NCBI GenBank assembly: GCA_030647485.1
Contig: JAUSJT010000004.1
Span: forward strand, 173,088 to 237,087
Reading direction: 5' to 3'
Length of the DNA stretch: 64,000 bases
Origin: a bacterium
Lineage (GTDB): Bacteria; Patescibacteriota; Minisyncoccia; Minisyncoccales; UBA10102
Shown here: in pieces, positions 1 through 8,510 of the stretch
Numbering within the stretch: position 1 is the first letter of the stretch
Layout: each line of letters opens with the position of its first letter
The notes under the pieces: generated by a model
The model's input: the letters and a program-made list of their open reading frames with translations, nothing else
Database searches by the model: none
What the model was told of the DNA's origin: nothing
Program-made: the position numbers and the translations under genes

Positions 1-465
1 GCTTCCCCTTCTTTAGTGGAGGACGTTATGGTTGACGTATCCGGGCAGGCGATGTCGCTCAAACAACTGGCTGGCATCTCATGCCCCGAACGAAGGCAAA
101 TCCTCATTCAGCCATGGGACAAATCATACCTAGAGCCCATTGAGAAGGCTTTATTCAAGGCCCAGTTGGGCGTAACTCCAATAGTGGATAAAGATACGGT
201 GCGGGTTTCCCTTCCTTCCCTGACGCAAGAGTATAGGCAAGATCTTATAAAGATGCTGAACCAAAAAACAGAGCAGGCAAAGCAGGTTATGCGAAAGTGG
301 AGAGAAGAAGCATGGAGCAATATTCAAGGTAAAGCCAAAGATGGAACCATACGGGAAGACGAGAAGTTCCGGGGGAAAGACGAGCTTCAAAAGCTTATAG
401 ACGAGTATCATGCCAAAGTCGACCAGCTTTCAGAAAGAAAAGAGAAAGAGATAGAGTTTGACTAA
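1..465 (+). CDS. frr: Ribosome recycling factor (5' partial)
   Basis: IQPWDK, LPSLTQEYRQDLIK and EDEKFRGKDELQKLID motifs; open at window start. Confidence 0.95.
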   Translation, partial: ASPSLVEDVMVDVSGQAMSLKQLAGISCPERRQILIQPWDKSYLEPIEKALFKAQLGVTPIVDKDTVRVSLPSLTQEYRQDLIKMLNQKTEQAKQVMRKWREEAWSNIQGKAKDGTIREDEKFRGKDELQKLIDEYHAKVDQLSERKEKEIEFD

Positions 466-1525
466 TATGCTGTTTCTTATAGCGTTTTTTAGTTTGATAG
501 GTCTGGTTGTGCTCCATGAGTTAGGGCATTTTCTTGCCGCAAAGAAGTTTGGCGTAAGAGTAGAGGAGTTTGGCATTGGCCTGCCCCCTAGGATTTTTGG
601 GAAGAAGATAGGGGAAACTTTGTATTCTCTAAATCTTTTGCCTTTGGGGGCTTTTGTAAGACTCACCGGTGAGGAAGGGCAAAGCTCTGACCCTCGCAGC
701 TTTGGATCAAAATCCTTGCTGTCTCGTGCCATTATTATAGGGGCTGGCGTGATTGCGTTTTGGATCATCTCTTTTTTTATCTTTGCCGGATTGGCATTGA
801 CTACGGGAATTCCTGCAGGCGTTTCTGACGAGACTACAGAGGGCGTGCTTAATCCTCACGTGAGAGTTTTAGGTATAGCTCCAGGATCTCCGGCCAAAGA
901 AGCGGGGTTGCAAGCCGGAGATACGGTGCAAGATTTTGAAAAAGTAGGGGAGTTTCAATCTTTTATAAACCAGCACAAAGGAGAAGAAATTGTCTTGTCT
1001 ATTGTGCGCGCAGGTCAGAATCTCTCCATACCTGTTACTCCAAGACTAGAACCGCCGGCAGGAGAGGGACCCCTTGGCATACAGTTAGTGCGTACAGGGA
1101 ATATGCAATACCCTTGGTATGAGGCTCCTGTCGTCGCTTTCCAGAAGACCGCAGAGATAACCAGAGATATTGTACAAGGTTTACTAGGAACTTTGGCAGG
1201 AGTATTTAGCGGCAAGGGTCTGCCCGAAGGAGTTGGGGTTGTAGGGCCCATAGGTATTGTGGATCTTTTGCGCAACTCCTTTGCCTTTGGCATCAGCCAC
1301 TTCCTTTCTTTCTTAGCAACGCTTTCTATATACCTTGCCATATTCAACGCCCTTCCCATTCCTGCCGTAGACGGAGGAAGACTGTTCTTTTTGGGCATTG
1401 AGGCAGTACGAAAAAAGCCCATGGGAACGAATATAGAGCAGCGCATTAATGGCGTATTCTTTATGCTCTTGATTACCTTCATGATTTGGGTCACCATAAA
1501 GGATATTACGCGGTTATTCTTCTAG
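458..1525 (+). CDS. rseP: RIP/site-2 metalloprotease with PDZ domain
   Basis: HELGH, FNALPIPAVDGG and PDZ-like GSPAKEAGLQAGD. Confidence 0.93.
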   Translation: MTNMLFLIAFFSLIGLVVLHELGHFLAAKKFGVRVEEFGIGLPPRIFGKKIGETLYSLNLLPLGAFVRLTGEEGQSSDPRSFGSKSLLSRAIIIGAGVIAFWIISFFIFAGLALTTGIPAGVSDETTEGVLNPHVRVLGIAPGSPAKEAGLQAGDTVQDFEKVGEFQSFINQHKGEEIVLSIVRAGQNLSIPVTPRLEPPAGEGPLGIQLVRTGNMQYPWYEAPVVAFQKTAEITRDIVQGLLGTLAGVFSGKGLPEGVGVVGPIGIVDLLRNSFAFGISHFLSFLATLSIYLAIFNALPIPAVDGGRLFFLGIEAVRKKPMGTNIEQRINGVFFMLLITFMIWVTIKDITRLFF

Positions 1526-1526
1526 T

Positions 1527-2768
1527 ATGCGCCAGTCACAGCTGTTCACAAAAACCCTCAAAGACGCTCCTCGAGACGAGGAAAGCACCAACGCTAAGCT
1601 CTTGATACGAGCTGGCTTTGTGCACAAGGAAATGGCGGGCGTATATACCTTTTTGCCTCTGGGGTTGAGGGTTTTAAAGAATATAGAGAATATTATCCGC
1701 GAGGAAATGAACAGGGCTGGAGGCCAGGAGCTGTTTATGCCTGCCTTGCATCCCAAGGAAAACTGGAAGCAGACAGGAAGATGGGATTCTTTAGATACTC
1801 TGTTCCGTTTCACTTCTTACTACACTAAGCAAGAGTATGCGCTAGGAGCCACTCATGAGGAAATTGTGGTTCCCCTTGCCAAAACACTCATTTCTTCGTA
1901 TCGGGATCTGCCCCAGTACGTGTACCAGATTCAAAACAAGTTCCGAGATGAAAAGCGCGCAAAGTCGGGAATCCTGCGCTCTCGGGAATTTCTCATGAAA
2001 GATCTGTATTCTTTCCATAAAGATGAGGCAGACTTGGACGCGTATTATGAAACAATGAAGGACTCCTACAAAAGGATTTTTGAAAGAGCAGGCATTGGAC
2101 ACGTTACCCACCTTACATTCGCTTCAGGGGGGACATTCTCAAAATATTCCCATGAGTTTCAAACGATAACCCAGGCAGGGGAAGATACTATATATCTGTG
2201 TGAGAAATGCGGAGTTGCGGTGAATGAGGAGATCATAAAAGACCAGCCTGTATGCCCTGAATGCCAGAACAAGAATCTCAAGCAGGAAAAAGCGGTAGAA
2301 GTGGGGAATATCTTTAAACTAGGCACCAAGTATTCAGAGCCCTTTCGTCTTACCTATAAAGACGAGAAGGGGAAGGAGAATCTTGTGGTTATGGGATGCT
2401 ATGGCATAGGATTAAACAGGCTTATGGGAGTTGTTGCGGAGGTATTCCATGACGAAAAAGGGATTCTGTGGCCAAAAGTTCTAGCTCCTGCTCTTGTGCA
2501 CCTTTTGTCCCTCGCAGGAGGGGAGCAGCAGGCTGACGAACTGTACAAAGATTTTCAAAATAAAGGTATTGAGGCGTTGTATGACGACCGGCGCGATTCC
2601 AGTCCAGGGGAGAAATTCACGGACGCAGATCTTATCGGTATTCCTTTGAGGATTGTGGTGAGCGCAAAGACGTATTCTGAAGGGAAGGTAGGGGTAAAGA
2701 AAAGGAATGAAAAGCAAGAACGCCTGATTGATGAGAAAGAGATCATGGAATGTATTCAATCTCTATGA
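1527..2768 (+). CDS. proS: Proline--tRNA ligase, short form without INS editing domain
   Basis: MRQSQLFTKT, KFRDEKRAKSGILRSREFLMKD, MGCYGIG. Confidence 0.96.
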   Translation: MRQSQLFTKTLKDAPRDEESTNAKLLIRAGFVHKEMAGVYTFLPLGLRVLKNIENIIREEMNRAGGQELFMPALHPKENWKQTGRWDSLDTLFRFTSYYTKQEYALGATHEEIVVPLAKTLISSYRDLPQYVYQIQNKFRDEKRAKSGILRSREFLMKDLYSFHKDEADLDAYYETMKDSYKRIFERAGIGHVTHLTFASGGTFSKYSHEFQTITQAGEDTIYLCEKCGVAVNEEIIKDQPVCPECQNKNLKQEKAVEVGNIFKLGTKYSEPFRLTYKDEKGKENLVVMGCYGIGLNRLMGVVAEVFHDEKGILWPKVLAPALVHLLSLAGGEQQADELYKDFQNKGIEALYDDRRDSSPGEKFTDADLIGIPLRIVVSAKTYSEGKVGVKKRNEKQERLIDEKEIMECIQSL

Positions 2769-3826
2769 AAAACATATTCAGAAAAGCTCTCTCGTTCCTT
2801 GGCCAGGATATTGCAATTGATCTTGGTACCGCAAACTCGGAGGTGTATGTTCGCGGCAGGGGTATTGTTATCCAGGAACCTTCGGTGGTTGCGGTGAATC
2901 AAAGAACGGGGCAAATCCTAGCCATTGGAGCTGAAGCAAAAAAAATGGTTGGCCGCACGCCTGCCCATATTGTTGCCACAAGACCCTTGAGAAAAGGCGT
3001 TATTTCCGATTTTGAGGTTACCGAACAAATGCTTCGGTATTTTATTGAGAAAGCGACAAGAAGAAGGTTCTTGTTTAGTCCAGGGCCTCGCGTGATTGTT
3101 GGGATTCCCTTTGGAGTCACCGAGGTAGAAAAGAAAGCGGTGCGCGATGCTACGTTAAACGCAGGAGCCAGAGAGGTCTTTCTTATTGAAGAACCCATGG
3201 CAGCTGCCATAGGGGCCAGGCTACAGGTGCAAGAGCCAGGGGGCAACTTTATTGTGGATATAGGAGGAGGAACCGCAGAGGTCGCCATTATTTCTCTGGG
3301 CGGCATTGTATTGGCAAAATCTCTGCGTATTGCAGGGGATAAATTGAATGAGGATATCATCCAATTCGCGCAAGAAGAATTTAAGCTTTTGATAGGAGAG
3401 CGAACCGCAGAAGCCGTTAAGATTGCCATTGGGTCTGCGTATCCTCTGAAAGAAAAAATGGAAACTCCGCTTCGAGGAAGAAATTTGGTTACCGGGCTTC
3501 CCGAAGAGATTATGGTGTCTGATACGGATATTAGAAAGGCAATGGAGCGGTCGGTGCGCCAAATTGTCAACGAAATCAAGGCGACCGTAGAAGAAACTCC
3601 CCCAGAACTGTTGGCAGATATTATGGCAAAGGGTATTCATTTGTCAGGAGGAGGAGCATTGTTGAGAGGGCTTGACGTACTCATTGCGAAAGAAACAAAA
3701 ATCCCAACTATTGCCGTAGAGGATCCCCTCACCGCAGTGGTGCGGGGAGCGGGGCTCGTTTTAGAAAACCTTGATGAATTAGAAGAGGTGCTTGTGGAAA
3801 CAGAGGACTTAGAACCACCGCATTAG
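2765..3826 (+). CDS. mreB: Rod shape-determining actin homologue
   Basis: IAIDLGTAN, EEPMAAAIGA, VDIGGGT. Confidence 0.96.
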   Translation: MKNIFRKALSFLGQDIAIDLGTANSEVYVRGRGIVIQEPSVVAVNQRTGQILAIGAEAKKMVGRTPAHIVATRPLRKGVISDFEVTEQMLRYFIEKATRRRFLFSPGPRVIVGIPFGVTEVEKKAVRDATLNAGAREVFLIEEPMAAAIGARLQVQEPGGNFIVDIGGGTAEVAIISLGGIVLAKSLRIAGDKLNEDIIQFAQEEFKLLIGERTAEAVKIAIGSAYPLKEKMETPLRGRNLVTGLPEEIMVSDTDIRKAMERSVRQIVNEIKATVEETPPELLADIMAKGIHLSGGGALLRGLDVLIAKETKIPTIAVEDPLTAVVRGAGLVLENLDELEEVLVETEDLEPPH

Positions 3827-3831
3827 TTTTT

Positions 3832-3901
3832 ACCCCGACCCCCGACTTAAGACACCTTCGGTTTCTTAGGTCGCTAGCGCTCCCATTTTTTCCACCACGG
3901 G
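3832..3901 (-). repeat. Structured dispersed repeat family F, copy 1
   Basis: Reverse complement of CCGTGGTGGAAAAA...TAAGAAACCGAAGGTGTCTTAAG..GGGGGTCGGGG seen at 31692 and 44002. Confidence 0.9.
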
Positions 3902-3927
3902 CTAAAAACATTTTTCCAAGAAAAATT

Positions 3928-4224
3928 ATGATTACAAAAGAAGAAGTACAACATATCGCGCAATTGGCGCGCATTCGAATAAATGAAAAGGAGGTAGAAA
4001 AACTCCAGCAAGATATTTCCGGAATCCTTGATTATTTTGCCGTGCTCAAAGATGCAGATACGTCAAAAGTTGAAGCGACAACGCATTCAATTATTCTTGA
4101 GAACATATCAAGAGAAGACGTTGCCCATCCGGGAAGCCCTGCGCTTTTACAGAAGCTCGTTGATATGTTCCCGGCTGTACGAGATGGGCTGCTAAGAGTA
4201 AAAGCTATTTTCTCTTCCAGATGA
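3928..4224 (+). CDS. gatC: Asp/Glu-tRNA amidotransferase subunit C
   Basis: MITKEEVQHIAQLARI; directly upstream of gatA. Confidence 0.93.
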   Translation: MITKEEVQHIAQLARIRINEKEVEKLQQDISGILDYFAVLKDADTSKVEATTHSIILENISREDVAHPGSPALLQKLVDMFPAVRDGLLRVKAIFSSR

Positions 4225-5633
4225 ACTTAGATCTTTCTATTAAAAACATTGCAGACGGGCTTGTCGGAAAGCTGTTTTCTGCAAAGGAATTAACCAAAGA
4301 GTTTTTGGATGCTGCCAAGAAAAAGGATAAGGATATCCATGCGTTTTTGAATTTTACAGAAGACATTGCTTTGAATCAAGCAGAAAAGATTGACGAGAAA
4401 ATCGCTCAAGGAGAAAAGCTTGGAGCGTTGGCTGGGGTGCCCTGTTCCGTTAAGGACGCAATTTTAGTGGAAGGCGCGCCTTGCACCGCAGGTTCCAAGA
4501 TCTTGGAACGATATGTAGCTCCGTATGACGCTACGGTTGTAAAAAAAATTAAGGAGGCAGGGGCAATCATCATCGGGAAGACAAATATGGATGAGTTTGG
4601 CATGGGCGGCTCCACGGAAAATTCTGCGTTTGGGCCAACAAAGAATCCACATGATCTCACTCGAGTTTCAGGGGGAAGCGGAGGAGGATCAACAGCAAGC
4701 GTTGCGGCGGAAGAATGCGTTATTGGGCTCGGAGAAGATACGGGCGGTTCCATACGTTTGCCCTCGTCCTTTTGCGGAGTTGTGGGACTTAAGCCGACCT
4801 ATGGGGCAGTATCAAGATACGGAGTTATTGCCCTTGCCTCTTCTTTAGATCAGGTGGGGCCAGTTGCAAAGACCGTGGAAGATGCGGAAATCCTATTCAA
4901 CGTCATTCGTGGAAAGGATGAGTTAGATTCAACTTCAGTTGAATACGAAATACAAGATACGAAATACAAGATACAAGATTTACGCATTGGAATTCCTAAA
5001 GAATATTTTAGCAAGGGCCTTGATCCTGACGTAGAGAAGGTGATACGAGATGCCATCAAGAAACTAGAAAACGCAGGGGCAAAGATCCAGGAGATTGAAC
5101 TTCCTCATACCAAGTATGCTCTTGCGGCATACTACATTATCAATACATCAGAGGCGTCTGCGAATCTTGCGAGGTATGATGGGATACGGTATGGATTGTC
5201 TTTGCAAGGAGGTTCTTCTTTATTGGATACGTATCTGGATGCACGGGGAGAAGGACTGGGGCAAGAAGTGAAACGACGCATTATCTTGGGCACCTATGCT
5301 TTATCTGCGGGGTATTATGAGGCATACTATAATAAAGCCCAGAAAGTAAGAACCTTGTTAAAACAGGATTTTGAAAAGGCTTTTGAGAAAGTGGATGTTA
5401 TTGTTGGCCCAGTTAGTCCTTTTCTTCCCTTTACAATAGGGGAGCGTATCACAGATCCCTTGCAGATGTACTTGGTGGATATTTACACGGTTCCCGTGAA
5501 TCTTGCAGGATTGCCTGCGTTATCAGTGCCAGCAGGAAAAGTAGGGAACCTTCCCGTAGGATTGCATATGATAGCTCCTGCGTTTGAGGAACAAAGGCTC
5601 TTTGAGACAGGCAAACTTTTTGAAAAGTTATGA
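4221..5633 (+). CDS. gatA: Asp/Glu-tRNA amidotransferase subunit A
   Basis: Amidase signature GKTNMDEF, DTGGSIR, NLARYDG; heptamer-repeat stretch at 4942-4980. Confidence 0.96.
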   Translation: MNLDLSIKNIADGLVGKLFSAKELTKEFLDAAKKKDKDIHAFLNFTEDIALNQAEKIDEKIAQGEKLGALAGVPCSVKDAILVEGAPCTAGSKILERYVAPYDATVVKKIKEAGAIIIGKTNMDEFGMGGSTENSAFGPTKNPHDLTRVSGGSGGGSTASVAAEECVIGLGEDTGGSIRLPSSFCGVVGLKPTYGAVSRYGVIALASSLDQVGPVAKTVEDAEILFNVIRGKDELDSTSVEYEIQDTKYKIQDLRIGIPKEYFSKGLDPDVEKVIRDAIKKLENAGAKIQEIELPHTKYALAAYYIINTSEASANLARYDGIRYGLSLQGGSSLLDTYLDARGEGLGQEVKRRIILGTYALSAGYYEAYYNKAQKVRTLLKQDFEKAFEKVDVIVGPVSPFLPFTIGERITDPLQMYLVDIYTVPVNLAGLPALSVPAGKVGNLPVGLHMIAPAFEEQRLFETGKLFEKL

Positions 5634-6151
5634 TTGACATACAAGAGATAATTGCTCGCGTGACCAACCCTGGCATGATAATGATATTTTTCCCTTGGAG
5701 CATGATCTTGGGAATCATAGGCATTGGCATGCTCGTTTTTATCGTTTGGGTTATTTGGAACTTCAGTTGGAAACAGTTTGTGTTTATGTTTGATGCCACT
5801 GAATTCTTTACCTACCGAGCATACGGGACAGGAGGGCTAACTAATCAATGGAAGAATGTCTTAAGACGCTTGGAGACTCCAAGCGAAGAAGAGTATAAGC
5901 TTGCGGTACTTGAAGCGGACGGTATGCTTGATCAATCGTTAAAGCGTATGGGGTTTGCGGGGGATACTTTGGCTGACCGTTTGCAGAAAGTAAGTGTTGG
6001 GATTATCTCCAATCTTTCCGAAGTTCGCCAAGCGAACGCTATTCGGAACAATATTGTGCATGATCCAAATTATAAGATTACCCTAAGCGAAGCGCGGAGA
6101 ATCATAGAAGTCTACGAGACTGCCTTTGAGGGTCTTGATTTGATCTCTTAG
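5630..6151 (+). CDS. Hypothetical protein with one N-terminal TM segment
   Basis: Hydrophobic N-terminus, KLAVLEAD and RNNIVHD; ATGA overlap with gatA. Confidence 0.8.
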   Translation: MIDIQEIIARVTNPGMIMIFFPWSMILGIIGIGMLVFIVWVIWNFSWKQFVFMFDATEFFTYRAYGTGGLTNQWKNVLRRLETPSEEEYKLAVLEADGMLDQSLKRMGFAGDTLADRLQKVSVGIISNLSEVRQANAIRNNIVHDPNYKITLSEARRIIEVYETAFEGLDLIS

Positions 6152-6155
6152 TTTG

Positions 6156-6226
6156 TTGCGGGGCCGGGAGTTGAACCCGGATCTAAAGGTTATGGGCCTC
6201 TCATGATACCGATTCACTTCCCCGCG
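6156..6226 (-). tRNA. tRNA-fMet(CAT), atypical initiator
   Basis: CGCGGGG acceptor with C1:A72 mismatch, loop CCCATAA, T loop TTCAACT. Confidence 0.85.
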
Positions 6227-6283
6227 CAACTATTGTATCTTGAAATTTGTTCAATGTAAAGCTATACTTCAGGATGCAGAAAT

Positions 6284-6356
6284 GCCGGGGTAGTTCAGCG
6301 GTTAGAACACCGCCTTCATAAGACGGGAGTCGTGAGTTCGAGTCTCACCCCCGGCA
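6284..6356 (+). tRNA. tRNA with CAT anticodon (elongator Met or Ile2)
   Basis: GCCGGGG/CCCCGGC acceptor, loop TTCATAA, TTCGAGT; one C.A mismatch in the anticodon stem. Confidence 0.88.
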
Positions 6357-6369
6357 CAAGGCAATTCAT

Positions 6370-6445
6370 GCGGGCGTAGCTCAGCTTGGTTTAAAGCGCC
6401 TCCCTGTCACGGAGGAGATCGTGGGTTCAAATCCCATCGCCCGCG
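6370..6445 (+). tRNA. tRNA-Asp(GTC)
   Basis: GCGGGCG/CGCCCGC acceptor; CCTCC-CTGTCAC-GGAGG. Confidence 0.95.
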
Positions 6446-6580
6446 CCCTTAAAACTTAATTCCATTAAGTTATTCATACCTTAGACAAACTAAGGATTTT
6501 GTGTTTGACAAATAAAGCAGATCTGTTATCTATAAAGAGGGAAAGAACTTTAACAATGCTTTAGTAAAGGAAGGTGTCGC

Positions 6581-7243
6581 ATGGTAAACTCCCTAAGCAT
6601 TCACGAAAGAGAAATCGGCCTTGATATTTTTGACTCGGGAATGGTGAGTCTCGAAGCAGTCTCTTGGCACGTACATAGAACGCATCCTGAACTGCAATTG
6701 CCGCCAGCCCCCATATTCATTGACTTGGGCGGATTGCCGCAAGAGCTTGTCACTAAAATAGGGGCACTCCTGTGCGCAAAAGCCGTTCAAGCAGCTATGC
6801 GCTTTGACAAGATTGCTGGGGTTCCAACCGGAGGCAATGGCTTTGCAGAAGCATTTTGCACGGCACTTAGGGGTGATAGATCCCTATTGCTAACATTGCA
6901 AAAGACAGGCCAGGGAATTCAAGGTCCAGTTGAAGGATTCCTTGAATTGCGTAACCTTGTCTTACTAGTGGAAGACGTCATTACAACCGGCGAAAGCACG
7001 CTTGAGACGATTGAAGTTCTTGGAGCAGGAGGCTGTATTGTACACAACGTGATGGCTGTCATTGATTACGGGCTAGGGGCAGCCGAACGTCTCAACGCAA
7101 AAGACCTAACCCTTCACTGTATCTTTCCGATTTCACAGTTACTTAGTTTGTGGCTTGATACGGAAAGAATCGCTACAGAGCAATACGATGAGGTAATGGC
7201 ATTTTTTAATACCGTGAGAACAAAACTAATGCCAAGCCTGTAG
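6581..7243 (+). CDS. pyrE: Orotate phosphoribosyltransferase-like protein
   Basis: PRPP motif VLLVEDVITTGES; APIFIDL; IAGVPTGG; divergent. Confidence 0.75.
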   Translation: MVNSLSIHEREIGLDIFDSGMVSLEAVSWHVHRTHPELQLPPAPIFIDLGGLPQELVTKIGALLCAKAVQAAMRFDKIAGVPTGGNGFAEAFCTALRGDRSLLLTLQKTGQGIQGPVEGFLELRNLVLLVEDVITTGESTLETIEVLGAGGCIVHNVMAVIDYGLGAAERLNAKDLTLHCIFPISQLLSLWLDTERIATEQYDEVMAFFNTVRTKLMPSL

Positions 7244-7266
7244 TTGTTCTCTTGCTCGATTTTCTT

Positions 7267-7297
7267 GCCGCTGAACACTCGTTCAGCGGCTTTTTTC
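7267..7297 (+). terminator. Intrinsic terminator
   Basis: GCCGCTGAAC-ACTC-GTTCAGCGGC followed by T6. Confidence 0.85.
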
Positions 7298-7371
7298 TTC
7301 TTTTACCTTCTAAAAACTGGGGATAACTAGGGTTGATTTCTCTTTCATTTTAAGGTAGAATAAGGAGGTAT

Positions 7372-8502
7372 ATGGATATTAAAATAAGCTTGGCAGAGGA
7401 GCAGGAAATAAGAAAATCACTTGAACAAAGAGACGATCCGGAGGCCAAAAGAATGCTTCGGTTTTTGAATATGCCAGACTTGTCGCGCGCGCCCGATAGT
7501 CCGCTTGCCGCAATTATAGAACGGGTAAAAAAGGTGCCCGTGCTGAAAAACTTTGACGACATCAAGATTCCCGATATTGTCTCGACTCATGTTCTTTTTG
7601 ATTTGTTCAATATGCCTCCCGGTCACCCGGCCCGCAGCAAATCAGATTCTTATTATGCAGATGAGGAGCACATTTTGATAACCCACGATACAGTGATGTG
7701 GTATTTCTACCTGAACCATCCCGATGTAAAGAAAAAGATTGAGAACGGTGAAGACCTGGGGGTCATCTGTTACGCCAAAGTCTACCGCAAAGACGAAATA
7801 GACAGAAAGCACATGAACGTTTTTCATCAGTTTGGCGGACTGTATTTGGTGCGCGACGAACAAAAGACCTTAGCCATAGAGGACTTAAAAAGCGCCCTTA
7901 CTGAAATAGCGCAAAGTATTTTCGGCAAAGGCATAAAGATCCGTTTCAACCAGGACAATTTTCCCTATACGGATCCCAGTTTAGAAATGGAGATCGAGAT
8001 AAACGGTCAATGGATTGAGATGCTGGGCTGCGGTATGGCCCGTAAAAGCGTTTTGGCCAACTTCGGTCTTACCGGATACCACGGCTGGGCATTTGGTTTT
8101 GGCCTGGAACGCATGGCCATTGTTAGTATGAACCTTCCTGATATTCGGCTTTTATGGTCAGAAGATCCCCGGGTAAAAAAACAGTTGAAGATCGGGAACT
8201 CCTTTGTTCCGGTGAGCAAGTATCCGTCCATCACCCGGGACATATCTTTTGTCGTCAGCAAGGATTTTATTCCCAATAACTATTTTGATTTGATCCGAGA
8301 CATTGGTAGAGACTTGGTCGAGGAAGTTAAACTCATTGATAAATATGAGGATACGGAAAAGTTTGGTCAAGACAAGATAAGCTATACTTACCGGATCGTA
8401 TACCGAAGCAATGAAAAAACCCTGGTAAGTAAGGAGGTTGATGTGCTCCAGAATGAGATTTACAAGCAAACAGCCGAACAGTTTGGCGCAGAACTTCGTT
8501 AG
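7372..8502 (+). CDS. pheS: Monomeric organellar-type phenylalanine--tRNA ligase (catalytic domain + FDX-ACB)
   Basis: VYRKDEIDRKH, FPYTDPSLE, GWAFGFGLERMA, then SKYPSITRDISF anticodon-binding domain. Confidence 0.9.
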   Translation: MDIKISLAEEQEIRKSLEQRDDPEAKRMLRFLNMPDLSRAPDSPLAAIIERVKKVPVLKNFDDIKIPDIVSTHVLFDLFNMPPGHPARSKSDSYYADEEHILITHDTVMWYFYLNHPDVKKKIENGEDLGVICYAKVYRKDEIDRKHMNVFHQFGGLYLVRDEQKTLAIEDLKSALTEIAQSIFGKGIKIRFNQDNFPYTDPSLEMEIEINGQWIEMLGCGMARKSVLANFGLTGYHGWAFGFGLERMAIVSMNLPDIRLLWSEDPRVKKQLKIGNSFVPVSKYPSITRDISFVVSKDFIPNNYFDLIRDIGRDLVEEVKLIDKYEDTEKFGQDKISYTYRIVYRSNEKTLVSKEVDVLQNEIYKQTAEQFGAELR

Positions 8503-8510
8503 AAAATATT

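Noticed and set aside
2899..3579. Long antisense ORFs (opposite mreB, rseP, pcm, the P-type ATPase and others)
   Set aside because: Shadow frames of conserved genes with no motifs or expression signals.
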